DNA of 60,950 nt, the filler included, from Platydemus manokwari (Eukaryota): assembly GCA_037951405.1 (NCBI GenBank). It is 5 parts of 5 records of this genome, joined end to end, with 100 filler letters (N's around TTAATTAATTAA, not from the genome) between each part and the next. Parts side by side here need not be neighbours in the genome. Positions count along the whole stretch, not along the records: positions 1 to 10,208 come from JBBMOY011158216.1; positions 10,309 to 20,465 come from JBBMOY011141326.1; 3 more parts are not named here. One strand, 5' to 3'. The first letter of the stretch is position 1. Each line of letters starts with the position of its first letter. Shown piece after piece: positions 1 to 13,081 of the stretch. Made by a program: the position numbers and the translations under genes. The notes below the pieces were generated by a model. It was not told where the DNA came from. It searched no databases and was given only the letters and a program-made list of their open reading frames with translations.

Positions 1-92
1 ATAATAATAATAATAATAATAATAACAAAAATAATAATAATAATAATAATAATAACAATAATAATAATAATACTAATAATAAACTAATAATA
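1..92. repeat. (AAT)n microsatellite, imperfect
   Basis: Tandem AAT units with occasional AAC/TAC variants are visible directly. Confidence 0.9.
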
Positions 93-1064
93 TTTTAAAT
101 GATGAAAGGAATAAATATCAAATAATATCATGTAATGAAATTTATTTAACCAATCAATGACTACCGATCACGGTTAGCTCAAGTAGGTTAAAGCTCAGTT
201 CAATGAGAAGATGATTTAGTCCAATAGTGTACGAACATTTTACATAAAAATTCAATTAAACTTTGACGGCCTTGTTCAAGTAATTGAATACAATGTTCAG
301 ACTCCAGATTTTTAAGATTTAATTTGAGATAGATTTTTGAGAGCCATTCTCTTCTGTCGGATTAAGTGGTGAATTTATTGTAGAGCAAGACATACCGATT
401 GTCGATTAATAAAATGGTCCTGATTATAATTTCGAGCTTGATAATATTACATAGTAAAAATCAATTGACCGATGATATTACTAAAATCTTTATAAAATCT
501 AGATATTATTCCACATCTATTATAATGTCGACTCCAAGTGGATTATATTGATTGTATTGGGATTAATATTATATTATATCGATTATCGTGGATTCAATTT
601 AATAAATGACAGTAAATTCAATAAATACAATCAATCATTAATCGATCAACTACACAGGAGCTTGAGAATGTGTTTCAAATATAGCAAATATATTTGGAAT
701 CAAATATGATTCATGATTTGCTATGAAGCTCAATATCATTGATATGTTGATTTATAATAATAAATGTAATTACAGAAGGTTTCATTAACCGAATAATAAG
801 CTAACGCGAATGAAAAAGCAACGGGTTCGAACCCCCCAATGAACATTTATTAAATGATGGGTTCGATGTTGTGCCATATAGTGATAAGTAGATATGTCTA
901 TAAAACCAGGTGGAACGCATATTAGAATATTTAATGGTTGAATCAACAAGACTTCATCATCCTTGCTCTCAAGACAAATCCATGTATTATATATCTGATA
1001 TATTAAAGTATGAAGTAATAAATATCACAAAAATATAAACAAAACGCAATCCATCTCATCTTAC

Positions 1065-4000
1065 CGCAAGATTGAGCTTCCTTCAAAATCAGTTCTGAGA
1101 GAAATTCCTCAACCCAGTTCTCACTGATTGACAATTGAATCATTGGTGATACGAGAACCTCTCGATATTTTGCTTTGATATCTGATTCCATTTCCCGTAA
1201 AATCTCCACACCATTCTTCTTGATGAATGCAATAAACTCCATATAGAATCTGGAATCCAACACTTTCAATGGGAAATATCTCGATTTGGCTCGTATTAAT
1301 GGGGCTGAATCAGTCACTTGATTAAGGGTTCTTGAATTAGACGTTGGGAGGTCGTTAATGTCACATGCAGCAGAAAAGGTGAGGTTATGAGCAAGTTTAG
1401 GACCGAGATTTGGTAAACAAACTGGTGAAGGTGAATACCATTTTTCGGTGATACAATGTCGATTGATATTCTCAATTGGGATATTAACATGTGCTATTGA
1501 AATAAATTATTGTTCGATACATGTTTAACACAATTTTACTAATAACTTACATACTATATGGGGTTCTTTATGTTTTTCTTTGGGTCGTGGCAATCTCCAA
1601 AGCGTTATTGAGACCATTTCAATAGAAGGAAGACTCCTGAATACTAATTAAATATTGTTATAATTTTCTTATTAGAAATACGTCAACTCGAATTCTTCAC
1701 CCCAAAACAACATCTCTTTCATTTCTTTAACAGATGTCCGGGCATAAATAACACTATCGAGTTTGATTTCACAATAATATCTTAAAAGGAAAGCATTAAG
1801 TCGCAATTTCATCCTTATTTCGAAATCACTTGTTCTTGTGAGTCAAATTTCTGGCTTCTTGAATACCAATACTCAGCATGTTTTCTTCGAATACCACGGT
1901 ACTCAATGATAAGGAGATCGCCCAGCGAAGTCTGGAAAAAATACAATATAAATGATCAAATAATGAATGAAAAATTTCACAAAGATATAAAATAAGAAGG
2001 ATCAAAAAACACCAAGAATATTTCATAAAAATTTCTCGTCTAAAAAACAGCTCAGGAGGGAATTAAAAAATTCTCTGATTGGAAAAGAACTAATTCCAGA
2101 CAAAATTAACGAATTTTGGTTAGAAACTCAGTTAAATTCAGACGGCATTTTCATTTTACAAAGTTCATTCATGCTATTGACACTAGATAGACAGAGGCTG
2201 GCAAAGAAGGAGATTAGAAGGTGATAAAAATCAAAAGATAAAAAACAGTTCGATTAAATGGCTTAAACAAAATGATAAGAGTTTGTTGTGCATCATAAAA
2301 GAAATTCGACGGCATTTTAATGGAAAAATTGGGAGTTCTTTCGAAAATATTTATAGTTCTGAAACCAATAATAAGAAAACATTAAAAGATGCTTTGAAAA
2401 GAAATTTTGTCAACCAAGAAATGTGTTGATCTAATCATAACGAATATGTTTATTTGATTGTATTTTTTTTAATTTGAGATATATTATCTATAAGAATCGA
2501 TAATTTTTGTCTAATATTTCAAGTTGTTATCAATTAATATTATGGATTAATAAAAATTATGGATTATTAATTATTTTATTGGCTAGAAAAATGCGGAGAA
2601 ATCAAATACACAGATGTTAAACATAAGTGTATTTATTTATTTAAAAATGTTTTACAATGAAAACCAACTCTTGAATACGACGATCTCTTTCTGTTTGATT
2701 CTCATTACAAAAGACAATCGATTCGGTTTCATTGGCAACTCGATTCGTAACTATCTGAAAATTGAAGTCAATTCATATTCATATTTATCACAACATAATT
2801 AAGAATTTATAAGTCGCGTAATGGTTTGACTTTAATTGATTAATATTAGCAATAGACTTAAAAATTCAAAATCATGTGATAAGCAGCTCGAAAATGTGCA
2901 TTAATAAGGTCTTTCTGCCAATGTAATGATAATGCAATTAACCATGAATAGTAGTACAACAATAATAATATACAAAGTATATTCATTATATGAAAAGAAA
3001 TCATATAAAATCAATAGATATTTATATTTCCTTTTTACAAATTTGGTCTACTAACAACACAATCATATGATCATTACCATATCAATATATTGTATCCATT
3101 TATCAATAAATATTAAATCTAGATCCTGATTCAGACAAATTCAGATGAAAACACGTGTCAAATAAATATATTCGAATATAAAATGCCGTAAACAGTATCA
3201 TTTGAAATACATTGAATCACTTCCCTCGATTTGTGCTCGTGTTACGTAATACATCAACATCGAATTTATCGAGTTGAAATCTTATACTCGTAGTCGATGT
3301 GACATTCGAAATGTAATCTATTTAGAAATGCCACCTGCAAAGCAAAGATGCACATCACATTTTAAATAAAACACAACAAATATGAAATGTGAAATGTAGA
3401 GATACTCAAAGTTCATTGTGAATATTACATATTTCCTATTGACACATCCTATCGAACTTACCCAATGGGATTTAATTCTAAAATATTGATGAAATAATTC
3501 CAGAAGTAGGACACATTTTTAAAATTGGAAACTCAATGATTTCGTAATAGGAATGATTTAAAATTACCTTAAGAAAAATAATTTTGAAAAATAGATCTTT
3601 CATTTACAAACATGGAATATTCTATTTGATCTAATATGTGTAGGAATGTTTAAGATGGAAAATAAAGTGATATAACTTATATATGTCAATGATATTATTG
3701 GATTCATCAATATGCCTTTTTGCTTGTATTAAATATTGCCTAATAAGTACAATAAATAAAATTGATTCCTTATAGAATATATCAAGGATTGATAATTTCT
3801 CACTTCATTAAAACACATAGCCTTTGGATAAGCCATCCAAATTAAAACTTAATCCGATTTAAGAAGAGCCAAGTCAATTGATATAAACCAATTCACTCAA
3901 CATAATAATGTGATTATAATATAACTTAATATATTATAAATAAATAATAAATTAATATCTTACAATAACAATGCCGAAATAATTCAAAATCAAAATCGGC

Positions 4001-7000
4001 AATATAGCAAAAACTGGGGTTAAATATTGAATTACATCGATTTGTCAGAATTTGATAGAATAAGAATTGATCGATTTATCAATTAATAGAATAAATGAAT
4101 TAAAAAATTGATAATTCCAGAAAAGAATTATTTTGATCAATTAATATTATAATAATAAGTAAATACAATATCTTAATCCATGATTAGTTCCAGCATCAAT
4201 ATGAAAGACAATCACAATAAATTATAAATACAAAATGAAAATAAAATCAATATCATCAATATCAAAATAAATATTACAATAAAATTAAAATATCGATTAT
4301 ACATAATCTGTCAAATTTGAAGTGCGTTTATATTTCGATTTGTTATATGTAAGAGCGATAGAATAACCTAATAACTAAATAATCTCCCATTTCAGCTTTG
4401 ATAATGAAATCTCAACAAATTCCATAACTGTCTATTTCAGTTCCAAACCAATGAAGAAGAGTCTGTGAAAATGTTGTGAGATTTCAATTGACAATTGTTC
4501 AGCAAATCTGCTATATCGGAATCTTATGTTCAGTAAGTCGAAAAGATTGAAACAATACTGGTAGAAAAATGAAATAATGTTCGGATAAATGTTTAACGTA
4601 GATTATTTGTGCAAAGATTCTTTGTCCAGATATTACATTCATGCGGTACATAAAATCTAAGAATGCCAAAGAAAAATAGTCATTGGCATAACATTAATAT
4701 GAAAAATAACAAATAATTTTTCATGATAATTAATGATCTATGGTTTCGCATGTTGATATTTCAGGAATATTTTAATAATTTTTATAAATATTATCTTAAT
4801 ACGTTGACGGACAATTGCGTCTATAATCGTCAATTTCGAACTTCATTTGTTCCTACTGTTCGTCAATGTGTTAATCAATATTTAGTGATAAATTATTAAA
4901 ATATATAGTGAAAGATAATATTTTTGGGGGATAAAACGACTTAATACAATGGGATTTCGATATAATAAGACTTTGTATATTTATAACCTATAGCTTTATT
5001 CTTTGGTAATTTGATCATGAAAATAGCAAATAAATGATGTTCGATGGATTCCCAAATCACTCGGGGCCTATGAACTTAGGGGGATGGTTAAAAAATTTCC
5101 TTCGTCTACAAATACGCTTTATTTTAATTAATTAATTTAATTAAAATTTAATTACTCTGCTAATTTATGCATATATTGATTTATAGATATATTTATATAA
5201 GATTATATAAAACGGATAATCGGTTGGTGTGAAGTGCTTTATCAATGTGTTATTGAAAATCAAATTGAAGTCAATATTTGATAAATAAATATTAATAGTG
5301 CGATTATTCGCAGATTAAAGCTAAAACGAGATTAAGATTATTATCAAATGTTGAATGGTTTTACAAATACAAGTATTTAGGTAAGAGAGATGCCATGGTT
5401 TAAGACTTTCTATAAATTTTGTGAGTATATCACCAACAGACCTTTCTCATGATCTTTACAGTTAGTTTCTTTTCCAAATTAAATCTGTCATTGAATGACA
5501 TTTTCTAGAATTTAATTCTAATGCTCCATACAAGACGATATAATAATCCATTAACACGAGCCCATAACACAACATATTTTATATTTTTCATAAAAAATTT
5601 CAAAATTTCATTAAGTTCTAAGAATTGAATTCTAGTATTCCTACCAATGAAATATATTTGATCTAAAATCAGATGACGCAACACAATATTCACATCGACA
5701 AGTTAAATTTTGTGCTGTCATAGAAAATTCAAATTTTCACTTCATTATCAAATAAAAATCAATAACAAAATTCCGTTGGTAAATTTCTAAATAATAACAA
5801 AATAATTATTAATGATAACTTGTTCTGTCTCTGTGATTGCCAAATTTATTCTATAATATTGATTATCAATGACTTTCAGACATAATAACCGTCTGGATTT
5901 ATCAGACTAATTAAAACACAAATAAAATTCCCCCTCATAATCTCTTAATTCAGAATGCTCCTCTTATTAGAATAATCAATTAATTCCAATTCGTTAACCA
6001 GGAAATTTTTCAATAATTTTTATCCATAATAGATAAATTGATTTTATCGATCACAAACCCATCCCCTTCATCAAACATTTCAATTCTCATAACAATAACT
6101 TCAATCCATTAATAAAATTACCCGATAACAATATCTTCTACCCCAACATAAAGAATGATGGATCGGAACAACGACGGTGATGGATGAAAACGGAACAGAA
6201 TCAATAATCCGTGTTTCAACATGTTTAAAGGTGATGAATTTCTCTTCTTTATCAATGAACTGATTGTCTGCAAAGATAATGTTGTATTGTTCATTTATCA
6301 ATCTCGTTGATTTGGAAGAAATTTCCAACAATTCATCAGTCGAACTCGACAGGTGCCTAAAATGAGAACAGGAAAAGAGAACCATAAAAACATTGAAAAC
6401 CAAAATTCAAAACAAATATTGAAAATATTTAAGAGAAATTAATTTTACGTGAAAATCTCAAAAAACATCATTACAAATATGGTTTAAAAAAATTGGAAAA
6501 CGTCAACTTACGGAAGTTGTGAAATATTCCTTTGAAACTGGACGCAGCACAAACTCATTTTCTCATTTTAATTTTCGAAAATCAATGTAAAATTCCTTCA
6601 TTGCTTACGAATTATCAACAAACATTTCTGATTGTCATTACTCATGAATGACGTAAGTGATCAATAGATAGCTGTACCTAATATTTGTATGTATATTGTA
6701 TGTATGTGTCGGTCGACTGCGCGTGTGTATGTGCATATGCATGTTGTTTCTGAAAAATACACAACAAACGCTTCATTTTGTGTGTCGAATGATTTCCATT
6801 ATTTGTACGTATTCTTAACTTTTTGCGAAAAAACTGATTTGTCTCAATTTGAAACAAACTAATTTTAATGTTTTTTAAAAAGAACAAAATTTACCAAAAA
6901 GTTTTCCGTGAAAAGTAGTCGGGTTTTCTAAATTATTTTTCAATTCCTGTGTGCGCAATGATGTAATTTATTGATTTACTATGTTAATTTTCAATTTTCT

Positions 7001-7347
7001 CAAGGTTTTGCGTTCGTTGTGTAATACAATAATCGATACAAGAACAATTGTATGATAAAAGCCATCGATTTGAAAAAATATATAGTTTATCGAAAATCAA
7101 AATCTATCATACCTAAATAAATTACCGTAACGATGATGATTGGATCTGGGTCGAGAATTCGATGGTTTGTATTCCTATTCGATCGGAAAGAGATGAAAAT
7201 AAACAATTATTATCCACAACAAATAAAAAATGGTTTGAAGAAATATTTACTAGAAATCGTATTTTTTTGCTGGCAGAAGAACTGGACGTTCCAATCGACA
7301 GGTTTGGATCGCTGAATTTGAAATTGTTGGAGAAATTTTTCTTCATT
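1065..7347 (-). CDS. Ras GTPase-activating protein, SynGAP/DAB2IP/RASAL2 (nGAP) family; PH-C2-start of RasGAP domain; 3' part not found in the window
   Basis: Manually spliced minus-strand exons with GT-AG ends and consistent phases: 7347-7126 (5' model ambiguous; possible internal intron and further small exons up to ~7584), 6356-6122, 2754-2669, 1931-1830, 1780-1682, 1636-1551, 1493-1065. The joined protein reads ...VVPIHHSLCWGRRYCYR/IVTN...FCNENQTERDRRIQE/LRW...ENMLSIGIQEARNLTHKNK/YYCEIKLDSVIYARTSVKEMKEMLFWGEEFELT/SLP...HVNIPIENINRHCITEKWY...PLIRAKSRY...FYMEF...EFLSELILKE. This is colinear with the SynGAP-family motifs I recall ([69 protein letters not shown]). Confidence 0.85.
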
Positions 7348-7935
7348 CTGAAATGGAAATGGGAAATGAATTGGGAAATAATGCTGCAACAGTGTGGATA
7401 TATATTTAATATAAAAACAGTTCTGCAATTTACTCCACACAACATACCTGCATCGGATTTGTTGACAACAACCATTGGGAACACGGTAACTAAATGTGAT
7501 GAAACCGAAAATCAATGGTCAATACCAGATTTGACAGCCTCACTCGTAGGTTTCCAAAATTAATACATGCAAAAAGAGGCTGCCTATAAAGAAATAAACT
7601 GTAGACTTGTCGCACAAGACATTTTACGAATTTGTTCGAAATGCGTACATTTTTTGCCAGTGTCGCACCAATGTAAATACGTGGTGTAATTTATTTTAAT
7701 ACTCCATCTGACATGGTTATTATTTTTATTATTAAAATTCGTTTGATACTCCTACAAGCATACTGGTCAAGGTCAATCAACAATTTTTCCATTTTTTTCC
7801 ACATCAAATGATTTCCCGTTAATTAATTTGATTCGAAAATCTTGTTTAAATTAAATATACTTGTCCAATGTTGATTTATGTGAATTTAATTTCAAGTTTT
7901 CACACGCACACAACCACTGGACTGATAGAATGCGT

Positions 7936-7949
7936 GTTACCCTGGTAAC
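7936..7949. promoter_or_regulatory. Putative RFX X-box (GTTACCCTGGTAAC)
   Basis: Near-palindromic 14-mer fitting the X-box consensus GTTNCCATGGNAAC with one central mismatch, a few hundred bp 5' of the RasGAP 5' exons. Confidence 0.45.
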
Positions 7950-8919
7950 GATTTTTGTATTGAAAAAGTCAAATCAAAATTATGAAGTGTGAGAGGCGGT
8001 GATCAACAACAAATGTACATTAATGAAATGCGTTACGAAGTATTAAGGATAAAGGTTCGAGTGGGGCACAGTATTTTTGTGGATCAAAATCGAGAATGAA
8101 ATTATAAGGTCGGAAATATATATATAATATTTATTATTATTAAATGTGTATTTGACAATTTATATTTAGAACTTGGAACAATTGTGATTATTCATTGTTT
8201 TAATAAATAAATTATTTAATATTAATAGTTATATCGACGAATAGTCATTAAAATATAATCTTCAATGAAAAATCCATAAAAATCATAATTGTTCTCAGGT
8301 GTGGCAAGTGTGAATACATATTTAAAATATGAAGAACACAAAGCTAATAATAAAATTCATTCATTCAAGTTTATTGATCCAAATTTGTTTACTAACCAGA
8401 AAATATTTCATTCAATAAAACAAAACAATAAATAACAACAGAAAAGTACTGAATTCAGTTGTATATCCATTTTATTTATTTTCGTTAATTCTCTCTTATA
8501 GACATCAAATAGATAAGTTTGAGAAAAAAATGAGCTTTTATTTATAAAATATGTTATAATTGAATAAGACGGTCAAAATTGGAATTCGAGAGAGACTTCA
8601 AGACTTAAAGAAGTGATGTAATAGTTTCGAATAGAGTGTAATAATAAATGATCATAAATAAAATTTTCTCAAAGTAACAGCTAATTAACTTTAGTTTTAT
8701 CTATAGTTTTAAACAAAAGTTAATAAAGTACTAAACTTAAATAAAGTCTTATAAAAGTCAAATTAACGTGTTGACGTTTGCAGTTATTTAACTAGGATGA
8801 TTAATTATCTAAGATAATGTCATTCCTCTTGTTTTCTAATAATATAGAGCTGGATCCTCATTTCACAGAAACATGTTTTCCTCAAGCACATTGAAATTGT
8901 GGTTCCAAAACAAAATATT

Positions 8920-9065
8920 ACATTTCTCTGTATCAGAAATCTTTCCAAAATTTATTCCAAAATATTTGAAAGAGAGTTTATAATTTTAATTAAAAAACTG
9001 AATTATAAATCACAATCAGTTATTAGAAAATGAATTTGGTTTGTGATTAAAGAAAAAAAGTCTAT
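8920..9065 (+). mobile_element. Degraded non-LTR retrotransposon (LINE) reverse-transcriptase fragment
   Basis: Frameshifted translation ISL...NLSKIYSKIFER...LENEFGL*LKKKS resembles LINE RT motifs PISLL..SKIFE and QFGFR..KS. Confidence 0.4.
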
Positions 9066-9940
9066 TTTCAATTAGCAATGCAGATCAGCAGAGCTATTAT
9101 AAGAATTATAATTCTGGTAAACAGGAAACCATGATAACTGAGTGCAGACAGGACCATATTATTATTCATTTGGGATAAAAGTATTTTCATATATAATTCC
9201 TATGATAATTACTATACATGACCAGTAAATTGAACCTGGTTTATTTTCCTTTCAATAATGAAATTCGAACCAAAAACTTATTGATTAATAGATAACTCAA
9301 CATTTCTCACATTTTTAATTATAGAAAGAACGAAAAAGAAATGATAATCTTCGATATTATTTAGAAAAATCATTGTTAAATAATACAACAGATTTGATAA
9401 TAAGGAACTCGGCTGCGCAGCATATGATGGGATCATTAAATAAATAGAAGTTGAAGTATGATGTAGTAGGTAGAAGGTCCATTAATTTCAAGAAATATCA
9501 ACGAAGTTATTCTACGATTAGATTAGCTATTGTGATGTTTAACAGATCAACTAGGATTTCTAATCCATAATTTTGTAATTCATTTATTTATGGAATTAAT
9601 CAAATGGCCATTTCATCAACAGTGGTCATGACTTATAAACTAAGCCATAGGTACCCATTGCAAAAGCATTTTTGTTTCAAGATAGTAATTATCATTAATA
9701 TCATTCTTATTTTTATTAGTAATAATAATATAACATAATATAATATAATAATATATTAATACAATAATAATTGTCATAACTTAAAATCAAGAAACAAACA
9801 TAAATATTATAATTAAGGAAAAGATTCTATATGATTCTGTTTTATTGTAATATTTTTGAAATTTCCAGAAAAATGATACAAAAATTGTGCTAATCTTTTC
9901 TATTTTTTTATAATTTAAAATCTTAATTAAAACAACAATC

Positions 9941-10003
9941 GGCTTAAGTTAAGAAATAATGAATTTTCGCGCATGAGATAATTTTTTGACTTAATTTTAT
10001 ATA
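9941..10003 (+). repeat. End of a dispersed MITE-like repeat (GGCTTAAGTTAAGAA...TTTTCGCGCATGAGATAATTTT), copy A
   Basis: Matches the reverse complement of 53228-53312 apart from a ~23-bp indel. Related end motif at 20161-20175 and related core at ~19040-19055. Confidence 0.65.
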
Positions 10004-10208
10004 TAACTGCTATGTTTGATTTATTCCTATAATTCAGTTAAAATCTCATTTTTTAAGATGTCTAATAATGACAAAACATTGTTTTAAAACCAAGTTCCCA
10101 TTCTAATCACAACACTTCTATATGATTATTCGAGTTTTTAAATTTAAATTTTTATAATTATAAATCGAGTTAGTTAATTACAGACATGTTTAATAATATC
10201 ATTGGTTA

Positions 10209-10308
10209 NNNNNNNNNNNNNNNNNNNNNNNNNNNNNNNNNNNNNNNNNNNNTTAATTAATTAANNNNNNNNNNNNNNNNNNNNNNNNNNNNNNNNNNNN
10301 NNNNNNNN
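10209..10308. other. Assembly spacer (N44-TTAATTAATTAA-N44)
   Basis: 100-bp N run with a central 12-mer that has stops in all six frames; identical at four places. Confidence 0.97.
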
Positions 10309-12944
10309 TATTAACAAATAATATTTCACCTGATTTCGTATTGAAATTAAATTTTGGGAAACTTTGAAATCATTAATCGAACAATTATGTATGATGATAA
10401 ATCATGTGACATCTCTTCTTTCGTGATGTAAAAATGAGAATCATGTGAATAATCCGTGAATATTATCAGATATCATCTAAGTTTGAAATCATCTGATCAA
10501 CTTGGAAAATCAATCAAAATTCTTAGTTGGCCTTGGAATTAATTTACAGTCTAAAAAATACACAAAAAATCATTCCAAAATTTCATTGACAAACTCACCA
10601 TAAATATCCACAACAGAACACGGAAATTGATTTGAAATGATTTTTTTTAATTAAAAACGAAAAAGAAAAACATTTCTCAAGTGTTTGTTAATGAAGTCGA
10701 GAATTGCAAGAATTCTATAAGTTCAGATATTTCTATGAAATATTAGGAAATCATATTTCACTTAGAATTTTTGTTAGACATTGCATGCGATGCCTAACTG
10801 TAAAACAATCATACTAGGCAATTCTTATATGAGTTAACTCTCTCTGACACTCAGTTCTCTCCAGTTGAAAAAGATATTATTTTCGTAAACCGTCTGAATT
10901 ATTTTCATATTATCTCAATGTGTGACGATTTTTGAGTATTAATAACGCTTTATATTGCACAGTTAATGAAATTGGTTTGGAATGAGCTTTTTAAATTTGA
11001 AATAAATAACAGAAACCAAATCACGTGATTCAATGAATGATTTTACTCAAGGATTTAATTTTGTCCTATTTTGTCATGACTTAAAATTTTTTAATACACA
11101 ACTCTATTTCAACCAATTCTGGACTTTTCTTTCAATGGATTTTACAATGAAATATATGTTTACATGATTTCTTTAAGAATACTTTCTAATTCATCAAACT
11201 AATTATTATAAAATGTATATTATAATAAGAATTATTTATTTAGATTTAAATATCATTATTATTCTTAAAAAATTATTATAGAAATATTATTGTTATTAAA
11301 ATATTATTATTAAAATATAATAATTATTATCATTGTCACGTACCATAGATTACTAGTAAATTATTTTATTCAATATCGATATTCTCTTGATGTCACTAAA
11401 AGGAATTCAATATTTTTGGAATTTTTCATATCACCCTGACAAATGTGTTCAAATTTGATTGGTCAAATTTCATTTACATAAAATCTGATTACAACATAAA
11501 ACGATGTAATTTATAACCGAAGAGAATAAACCATTCGTAGTTTTCAATGAATTCGCGAGACCTTGTGGTTTGTATTGAGTATATAATTAACTTTAATCGG
11601 ATATTTTGTAAATTTTGTTTAATATCGATTTTCATCCTGGAGTTCAAACGGACTTATTTAACAGTGACCAATTTCAAAAGTATATTAAAAAGACAATTTG
11701 GTTTATCAATCGTCATTTTCATTTATATGATAACAACCAATTATTACAAAAATCAATTTGATGTAAAATTAGAGTATTGTAAATTACGATTTTGAATGAA
11801 GACAACATTTTTATTTCATCAATATTTTTTTCATTGTTATTTTGGTTTTGATTGAAAAGAATGGGCACAAGACGTCTAATCTGGTGCAATTATTTTCAAG
11901 GTAATTATGCACGTCAAGTGTCAGGAAATAAATGGAAAAACTAGTACCATAGGTGATTATGGAATTTGTATTCAGAAAGTACGTTTAAAAGACTGTAACC
12001 AGAACAAAACTACGTATTATATATAATCCAATTTTATGAAAATTAATAATTACATAAGTCTCATGAACTTTACAAAGAATTATGATATTAAATTAATCCT
12101 TCGGCCTTTCAAATTAAAATTTATGCCATGGTATAATATAATTGTAAGCCTCTACTATTTTAAAAACCACACATTAACAACGAACTGAAAAGACAAATTA
12201 TCAAATACAATTATCAAAACAAATAAATATAATTTTACATGAAATTAAATTCCAGACTAAATTAAATATGTAAAATTTTAGTAAATTTTAATATTCTCAC
12301 AGTAATGAAATTTGTGGAGGATAAAATGTCAGAAAACCATTTCGAAATTCAAAAATTATCGGTGCTGAAATAATTTTTTATTCTTTAATTTAATAAGAAA
12401 TACTCAGAATGGAATCAATTTGAAGTCTGATGCACAATCATTCTTGATCGAAGTTTACTCGGCTGGTTTGCAACACGGTTGACCAGACAAATATATGTAT
12501 TAATTCATACTAAAATTCTTTTTCGATTCCTTTTGAATCCGATAAAACACTTAAGTAGAAATAAAAAATACATTGATTAAATAAAGTAGCTTTTCTTTAA
12601 CCCAAAAATTATAAAATTATAATAATATAATAAAATTATAATTTTCCATTTTTGGAATGATTCGTTGCATAAGTGAAGATCAAAATTGAAAATTGATTTG
12701 GTCTTTTTAAAATCAGCTATCATTGTTTTTAAATTTTTGGAAATATGAATCGTTAGAAGAAGACAACTATCATTTATAGATCGATGAAACTTGTAATGTT
12801 GGGTATTTTAAACAATTGATTAAACTCTGGCTACAAAACAGAAGGCTAATATTATATTTGCTTATGAACTATTCAATACACCTACTCATAAACTATACTT
12901 CACAAAATATCAACCAAAACTTGGTTTCCAACTGGCAGTTGGCC

Positions 12945-13081
12945 ATCTTTACATCGATTTTTATATTCGCGATTTATGTGTAATTTTTGTGTCATGTTAT
13001 ATCCTGTTTTGATTCAATATTTGCTTTTCTATGTTCTTATTAGGTGTTTGAGATTTGCATGAGTGGGATTGGTCAATCCCT
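12945..13081 (+). repeat. Dispersed repeat, copy 1 (homologous to 23529-23668 on the minus strand)
   Basis: Colinear shared blocks ATCT.TACATCG, TTTATATTC, TTTTTGTGT.ATGTT.TATC, TTTGATTC.AT, ATGTTC.TATT.G and TTTGCATGAGTG.GA.TGGT.AAT.CCT. Confidence 0.7.

Noticed and set aside
172-834. tRNA-like A-box (GGTTAGCTCAAGTAGG, ~172) and B-box palindrome (GGGTTCGAACCC, 823-834)
   Set aside because: The boxes are ~650 bp apart and neither folds into a cloverleaf; at most SINE debris, so no tRNA is called.
7162-7563. 133-aa plus-strand ORF and other overlapping ORFs
   Set aside because: They lie antisense to or overlap the RasGAP 5' exons, whose splice phase links to recognisable downstream exons. 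No independent motif; treated as shadow frames.
10253-10264. TTAATTAATTAA palindrome recurring four times
   Set aside because: Always centred in N runs; an assembly linker, not a biological repeat or piggyBac site.
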